This document shows, one piece after another, positions 58,452 to 64,000 of a stretch of 64,000 nt of DNA. A program made the translations under genes and the position numbers. The stretch is taken from the IMG/VR virus record IMGVR_UViG_3300021400_005597. One strand, 5' to 3'. The notes beneath the pieces were generated by a model, which saw only the letters and a program-made list of their open reading frames with translations, was not told the DNA's origin and did no database searches. Numbering within the stretch: the first letter of the stretch is position 1; every line of letters begins with the position of its first letter. This stretch comes from an uncultured virus (IMG/VR IMGVR_UViG_3300021400_005597) (lineage: Duplodnaviria > Heunggongvirae > Uroviricota > Caudoviricetes).

Positions 58452-58594
58452 AAGCTAGTCTCCTCTTTTGCTTTTGTATTATTATATGCAAAATAAAAAA
58501 TTAAAAAATCTTTTATTATAATATAGTATAAACAACGGTTTATCAATATAATAAAAAAAAGAGTGTGGGGAGCACTCTTTTTTATTGGTCATAT

Positions 58595-58786
58595 TTATTT
58601 ATTTTTAGGACATTTTTTATTGTTTCGGGGCGGCCACTCTAATGGTGTATGGCAATATTGACAATCATATCTGCTAGTGGAAATGAATATATCATTACCG
58701 CATATTGGACATATAAACCTTTTCACTCCTTTTATCATTATATAATCCGTAACAGGTACTTTTTCAATATTCTCATATTCAATCAT
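58595..58786 (-). CDS. Small zinc-ribbon protein
   Basis: CPICG...CQYCH; motif 32 nt upstream. Confidence 0.6.
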   Translation of the reverse strand: MIEYENIEKVPVTDYIMIKGVKRFICPICGNDIFISTSRYDCQYCHTPLEWPPRNNKKCPKNK

Positions 58787-58837
58787 TATTTTGTACTGCC
58801 CTTTATGTAATATACTATATATGTAAAAAAATTTTTT

Positions 58838-60010
58838 TTATTGTTCAATATTGTCTAAAAAATCAGAAAAAACATCATTTAATTCATTTTTTTGTTCATC
58901 ATCTAGCATATTTTCATCATTTTCGCTATCAAAAAGGTCATTTAATACATTTTCTGTATCAAAATCCTGGGTATTTTCTTCGGTTTGTTTGGTCTGTGCT
59001 GTAGGCTCTGTTTCTATGTTGGTTTCGGTAGTATTATCTATTGTTATAGTAGAATCGTTAATACCGTAGTATTTAGCCATATAATCTTCAAATGAAATTG
59101 CATTTTGCTCTAATTTTTCCGGTAAAACGATGTCTTTATTAAAACATTTAACAGTTAATGTGAACTTCTTTGTATCTTGTGTTGCATTAAGACCTACCAT
59201 ATCAATATCGTATGGGAAAAACAGTTCAGATATTAAATATGGAGTATTGCTCTGTGAAAAATCAAGTTCTATATCATTTGTATAAATTCCAAAGTCTGCT
59301 ATAAAGAAAGTGGCTGTACAAGTAATATCAGAACCAAAGGTTGCAAGTGTTTTAATGAGTTCTAGTGTGTAATTATCGCCATTTTCAAGTAATTTAGTGT
59401 TGTCATTTAAGAAAGCGGTGATATGTGGATCGGACATATTAAAAGTACATGTTGCTCTGTTTACCTTTGCATCTAACATATCTTCTTCTTTGACTCTTAC
59501 TACTGTATTTTGAACAATAAGCTCTTTCAGACTATCATAATTGATTTCTTCATCTGTTATATTTTCCGGTTCAGGGGTTTCAATATAAAACCACACATCG
59601 TTATCAAAATCATATTCATAAGATACGCTCTTATCATCTTTCTTTACAAGGTAAGACTCCATCTTATCAAGTGAACTTGTATCATCTATAGTATCAGGGG
59701 TTTTTATTTCTGAATAGGCTGCTGCACAAGTGTATGCAATATCATCGGTCTTTGTAAAGATGCCATCTGCACTAATGTTAAGGTCTATATCATAAGTATT
59801 ATTATCTTGTGGAATACCTATAGTATCTTCCCAACCAAAAATAAATTGGACACTATTGCCAAAATCTGTGTTTTGAAGGTAGAAATCTAAATCTTCCATT
59901 GTTATATGCTGCTCTTTTGGAATAGAACAAAGTATAATATATGACACAATAATAATTATACATGCGATGATAATTCCTTTATATTTTGATATAAATTCTC
60001 TGCCGTTCAT
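58838..60010 (-). CDS. Membrane-anchored acidic extracellular protein
   Basis: N-terminal TM; start moved to ATG 60010 after AAAGGA. Confidence 0.6.
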   Translation of the reverse strand: MNGREFISKYKGIIIACIIIIVSYIILCSIPKEQHITMEDLDFYLQNTDFGNSVQFIFGWEDTIGIPQDNNTYDIDLNISADGIFTKTDDIAYTCAAAYSEIKTPDTIDDTSSLDKMESYLVKKDDKSVSYEYDFDNDVWFYIETPEPENITDEEINYDSLKELIVQNTVVRVKEEDMLDAKVNRATCTFNMSDPHITAFLNDNTKLLENGDNYTLELIKTLATFGSDITCTATFFIADFGIYTNDIELDFSQSNTPYLISELFFPYDIDMVGLNATQDTKKFTLTVKCFNKDIVLPEKLEQNAISFEDYMAKYYGINDSTITIDNTTETNIETEPTAQTKQTEENTQDFDTENVLNDLFDSENDENMLDDEQKNELNDVFSDFLDNIEQ

Positions 60011-60120
60011 ATTAAGTCCTTTCGGGGTATGTATTATTTCCTTTAATATATGTAAAATTAAAAAAATAAAAAATAAACGCAAAAATATAGAGGGTTATTA
60101 GCCCTCTATACTTTTTAAGA

Positions 60121-63100
60121 TTATAATAAGATTTTCTTTTCAATGATATATTCAGAGAACTCATTTCTCATACCAATATCAATGTTCTGGCCCTTATGGA
60201 AGAATCTGAATATTGGGAAGAACTTAACCATTACATATGTGTTTTCGCCCTCAAGAGCATCATAATGTTTACTTGAAAGTTCGATAAAGTATTTATGGTC
60301 TCTATCTGGTCTCTTATGTCTTGGATAAGTGTTAATCCACTCAAATCCTCTGAAATGCTTATATCTTTCTTCTTCAGGATCGGTTAAGTAGTAAATTCTT
60401 GCAATCTTTGAAAGGATAAACAAGATAATGAATAAGATACCAAGTCCTGAGAATGTGATACCGCCACCGATAATAAGTCTCTTAATAGCCGGTGTGTTCC
60501 AAAGTGTATGTATCCAGCTGCCATGAATTACCGGTTCTTCAGCAGGTACGATTGTAGGCTCTTGTACTTCTTCCTCAGGTGCTGGTTTTTCTTCTTCAAT
60601 GGTTTCTTCATCAGTATTGAAGAGTTCTTCAAGATAGATATGTGTTCCATCTTCACCTAAATCAAGAGTCCATCTATCCATGGTAGATAAGCCGTCGCCG
60701 CCAAAGATAAGCATACCATTGTAAGTCCAACCACCGAATAAGTAATGGTTGATATGGTTTCCTACTGTTTCATCATCTTTAGTACCAATAGGTGCTGTAC
60801 CGTTTACTATGTCATCATAAGTTACCTTGATAACTGTATCGCCACAATGTAAGTAGAATACCTTTGCTCTGTATTTAGCAGTTACCGATATGTCTTTGGT
60901 ATATTCGTACCTATCAAATGTAGGCTTACCACCGTCATTCCAGAATTCTGTATTATCTTCGCCATCTACATAATAGCCTTCGAATACATAGCCTGTCTTA
61001 TTAGGTACTTCTACATTTGTATAACCCATACCATATACAACTGATACTGTATAAGGTTCTCCGATACCATCATTTACAGTTACGGTATATGTCTCTACTT
61101 CCCAAAGGTCTTTAAGTGGAATTCTTTGACCACTCTCACCCATATCATAGAGCCATTTACCTGCTGTGTACTTGCCTGTACCATCTACGATATTAGTTTC
61201 TCTTCCAAAGTAATCGAAACTGTAACCGTTAAACCTAAATCCTGCTTTACTCATTGTATCAAGGTTAGGTACATCTTCGCCAAAGTAAACTTTCTGCTCT
61301 TTAGTGTTATTATCATATGTTAAAATATACCACTTTGGAGTCCACTTAATAATAAAGTTATCAATGTCTCCATCAATGTACTGCCATACATCCTGAACAG
61401 GGTTTCCGTCTTTATCCCAAATAGGATTTCCGTCTTTATCTGTTATACCGTCATAGATATAACCTTCCTTTTCAGGAATATGTGGTAATTTATCGTAAGG
61501 TTCATCATAAACCTGCTCAATATGAATAGGATTATCAGTTTCCGTGTCTGTCTTTGGGTCATACTTTTTAGCATCAATATCGCCCTTAATGGTGCTAGGT
61601 GTGAAGACTGATGTTGCATATACAACTGTTTCACCCTTTGTTGGAAGCCATTTGAAGATGTCTTCTGATGCTTTTCCATCAGCATTCCAAATCATTACAG
61701 GCTCACCATTATTAGTAGGCTCTACTTTATAACCACCAAAGTCATAACCACGCTTTGTAGGAACTGTGATAATTCCATATGGTGTTTGATATGTTTCTGT
61801 TCTCATAGAGTAGTCATACTCGTACTCGGAACGATTACCAACACCGTTATTTACCTTACGGTCTGTTTCTGTTGCAATTCTAATGTCGATAGGGTTATTT
61901 GAATATCTAACGGTTACTGTAATGTCTCTGTCAAAGTTATAAGGATTATTTACAGGTGTTCCGTCAATATTAAATACCTTTTCGCCCGTATCTACATCAT
62001 ACCAACCGATAAATGTATATCCGTCCTTTTCAGGAACTTTATCTACATCGCTCTGTGGTAATTCGTAATCTTGGTCAAATGTAACATTAAGTGGAATATT
62101 AGGGGTATCTGCTTCGTTTGTGTTGTAGTAAACTACATAATCATTAGCAGTATATGTTGCCTTTGCATTTACATCCTGTGTATATTTCCAAAGGTTTCCA
62201 CTTACATTATCACCATTTTCGTCAAAAATCTGACCTAAATTATCATCATACCAACCATTGAATGTATAACCACGATAAGGCTTAAGTGATGATTTATCTG
62301 CATCTGATAAACCAAAGTTTTCATTGTAAGTCATATCTCTCTGGTCGGAAGCTACATCGTCTTCTTTATTGAAGTTGATGCTTAATGTGTAATGGTTAGG
62401 TGTGTATCTTGGATAAACATTAGTGTTATATAACAAATTCCAAGCACCATCTACTAAAGTACCATCAGCGTTATATACCTTACCTACCCATTTATTCATT
62501 ATTGTACCTCTAACTGGGTAACCATCTGGGTAACCATCAACATTATCTAAATAACCGATAATAGTTTGATTTGGCACTTGTGGATTGCCGTCATAAGGTG
62601 GTAATACTTCATGTTCCGGTGGTGTAGCATCCATATCTGTCAATGTATCAATTACATTATTTTCATAGTTATGTCTTTGGTTATTCCAACCGTGTCCATA
62701 GAAATCACACTTATTTACTCTGTATGTCTTACCATTTATGTACCAATTGCTGCCATAGTCATTAGGTCTTCCGTAAGGGAATGACAATACACCATAATAA
62801 CCATCAAGCGTATAACCTTCATATTCTCTGATAGTACCTGGAAATGCATCGGTGCTGTCATAAAGTACATTTGTTTGCTGTGTTCTAATAAAGTCTTCGC
62901 TTGTACTTGGGTTATTATTGCTATCCCAAGCAGTTGTTAATGACTCCATAGCTTCCGGATCAACTAAATCGCCATTAGCATCTTTCAACAAAATATGATC
63001 TGAATAATATAAATGATATGTTTTTGGCTCATAGACGGTTTTTATTGTTCTATCATTAGTCCACTTCCAAAGAGAAGTGTTACCATTTGCTTCAACTGTG

Positions 63101-63996
63101 CTATCATTTATGCGTGTATCATAATAATCATGTCCAGCAATTGAATGGTCAAAATATGGTCTTACTGCACTATTGCCGGTATCTTCCCAATCCCAACCGA
63201 TAAACTTATAGCCCGTTACAATTTCAGTTCCTAAAGGTTGGAAACCGCCACCTTCTACTGTACTACCTGTACCGGTTATATCCCAATAATACTGTTTTTC
63301 ATATGGTACTCTTTGGTAATGATCTGTAGAATAATCATTATACTGATACCACATAATTTCTACAGGACAGTCATAATATACTGTCTTTGAAGCCAACTGT
63401 GTATTTGCCTTATCAAGATAGTAATACAATGTATAAGCGTTAGGCACATATCTTGGATATACCGTTGTATCGGTTGCAAGTTTGAAAAGTCCTGTAATGT
63501 TATTACCTAAACCTTTTAACTTACTACTTCCATTATATGAGCCATCGGCATTAAAGATTTTAGTACCGCTACCCATATCGCCCATACGACCGTTTTCCCA
63601 AGCGTGTGTATTGCCGCTGCCTTGTGTTGTACTGTACCAACCTTCAAAAGTATAACCGTCATATACTTTTGCACTATTGCTTAATGATGTTACTGTATCA
63701 TAAGTTATTACATCTGTTTTAACATCAGGGTAATCTACACGAGTTCCAAACTTATTTGGAACAGTTACACCCATATCACCATCAAAAAGCTCATTTGTGT
63801 TATGTGTATCATATGTAATAGTGATATCTTTTGGAGCATATAAGCAATATAAATCAACTGCACCACTTGATGCAGGCAAGAATGAACCATCGCCACAATA
63901 TAAACCATTTGAATCATATACCTTTGGTGAAGATGTGGTTGTTCCTGCATAAATACCAAGTAAAGTATAGCCTTGATATTCAGGATACATATTCAT
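60121..63996 (-). CDS. Surface adhesin with InlB B-repeats (Listeria-Bacteroides repeats); probably 5'-truncated by the window edge
   Basis: Many GY.F.GWY repeats; C-terminal TM helix and cytoplasmic tail; no signal peptide visible. Confidence 0.75.
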   Translation of the reverse strand: MNMYPEYQGYTLLGIYAGTTTSSPKVYDSNGLYCGDGSFLPASSGAVDLYCLYAPKDITITYDTHNTNELFDGDMGVTVPNKFGTRVDYPDVKTDVITYDTVTSLSNSAKVYDGYTFEGWYSTTQGSGNTHAWENGRMGDMGSGTKIFNADGSYNGSSKLKGLGNNITGLFKLATDTTVYPRYVPNAYTLYYYLDKANTQLASKTVYYDCPVEIMWYQYNDYSTDHYQRVPYEKQYYWDITGTGSTVEGGGFQPLGTEIVTGYKFIGWDWEDTGNSAVRPYFDHSIAGHDYYDTRINDSTVEANGNTSLWKWTNDRTIKTVYEPKTYHLYYSDHILLKDANGDLVDPEAMESLTTAWDSNNNPSTSEDFIRTQQTNVLYDSTDAFPGTIREYEGYTLDGYYGVLSFPYGRPNDYGSNWYINGKTYRVNKCDFYGHGWNNQRHNYENNVIDTLTDMDATPPEHEVLPPYDGNPQVPNQTIIGYLDNVDGYPDGYPVRGTIMNKWVGKVYNADGTLVDGAWNLLYNTNVYPRYTPNHYTLSINFNKEDDVASDQRDMTYNENFGLSDADKSSLKPYRGYTFNGWYDDNLGQIFDENGDNVSGNLWKYTQDVNAKATYTANDYVVYYNTNEADTPNIPLNVTFDQDYELPQSDVDKVPEKDGYTFIGWYDVDTGEKVFNIDGTPVNNPYNFDRDITVTVRYSNNPIDIRIATETDRKVNNGVGNRSEYEYDYSMRTETYQTPYGIITVPTKRGYDFGGYKVEPTNNGEPVMIWNADGKASEDIFKWLPTKGETVVYATSVFTPSTIKGDIDAKKYDPKTDTETDNPIHIEQVYDEPYDKLPHIPEKEGYIYDGITDKDGNPIWDKDGNPVQDVWQYIDGDIDNFIIKWTPKWYILTYDNNTKEQKVYFGEDVPNLDTMSKAGFRFNGYSFDYFGRETNIVDGTGKYTAGKWLYDMGESGQRIPLKDLWEVETYTVTVNDGIGEPYTVSVVYGMGYTNVEVPNKTGYVFEGYYVDGEDNTEFWNDGGKPTFDRYEYTKDISVTAKYRAKVFYLHCGDTVIKVTYDDIVNGTAPIGTKDDETVGNHINHYLFGGWTYNGMLIFGGDGLSTMDRWTLDLGEDGTHIYLEELFNTDEETIEEEKPAPEEEVQEPTIVPAEEPVIHGSWIHTLWNTPAIKRLIIGGGITFSGLGILFIILFILSKIARIYYLTDPEEERYKHFRGFEWINTYPRHKRPDRDHKYFIELSSKHYDALEGENTYVMVKFFPIFRFFHKGQNIDIGMRNEFSEYIIEKKILL

Positions 63997-64000
63997 TTTA

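Larger units (their letters stand above)
2331..60052. promoter_or_regulatory. Dispersed oriented motif T-tract-TTTTACATATA upstream of about 28 transcription units (putative element-specific promoter)
   Basis: (T/A/C)ATATG cores on + strand before minus genes at 2331, 2901, 4213, 8983, 9011, 11520, 14065, 16356, 17977, 22505, 23402, 27924, 28422, 28802, 31626, 32466, 34735, 41001, 42875, 44990, 49185, 51537, 56255, 58483, 58818, 60047; inverted (CATAT) before plus genes at 46146, 56456, 57661. Confidence 0.85.
1..64000. mobile_element. Segment of a large conjugative element (megaplasmid/ICE-like); ends not in window
   Basis: T4SS genes, coupling protein, relaxase, ParM partition, DnaE, RecD-like and Topo III together; no chromosomal housekeeping operons. 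Confidence 0.85.

Overview
AT-rich 64 kb segment of a large conjugative element (megaplasmid or ICE-like; Clostridia/Lachnospiraceae-like by inference). No rRNA, tRNA, CRISPR, integrase or phage structural gene is visible. Almost all genes are on the minus strand, with three plus-strand islands (clpP-virD4-like; sigma-like pair; mobV plus a membrane protein). It encodes a Gram-positive T4SS (VirB11/CpaF, VirB2-like pilin, VirB6-like, PrgI, VirB4, VirD4, MobV relaxase, InlB-B-repeat adhesin), replication and segregation genes (DnaE, RecD-like helicase, Topo III, ParM plus RHH adaptor, SSB-like, HIRAN), several degenerate toxin-antitoxin homologues and many hypothetical proteins. Main discovery candidate: about 28 transcription units carry the same oriented motif (T-tract...TTTTACATATA on the coding strand), mostly about 30-50 nt before the start codon and often just after an intrinsic terminator. 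The element also encodes a sigma70-family protein with clear region 2 and 3.2 but a degenerate region 4. That gene carries the same motif and a candidate tandem NrdR box. Together these suggest a private, phage-like transcription programme on a conjugative element. Other signals: a shared acidic/hydrophobic C-terminal tail on cargo proteins but not on core T4SS parts; a duplicated ~120 bp operator/oriT-like block at two divergence points; a ClpP + soluble VirD4-like cassette; HipA-derived pseudokinase and N-domain genes flanking dnaE; and a structured pilin leader. All family calls are by eye from motifs; no database searches were run.
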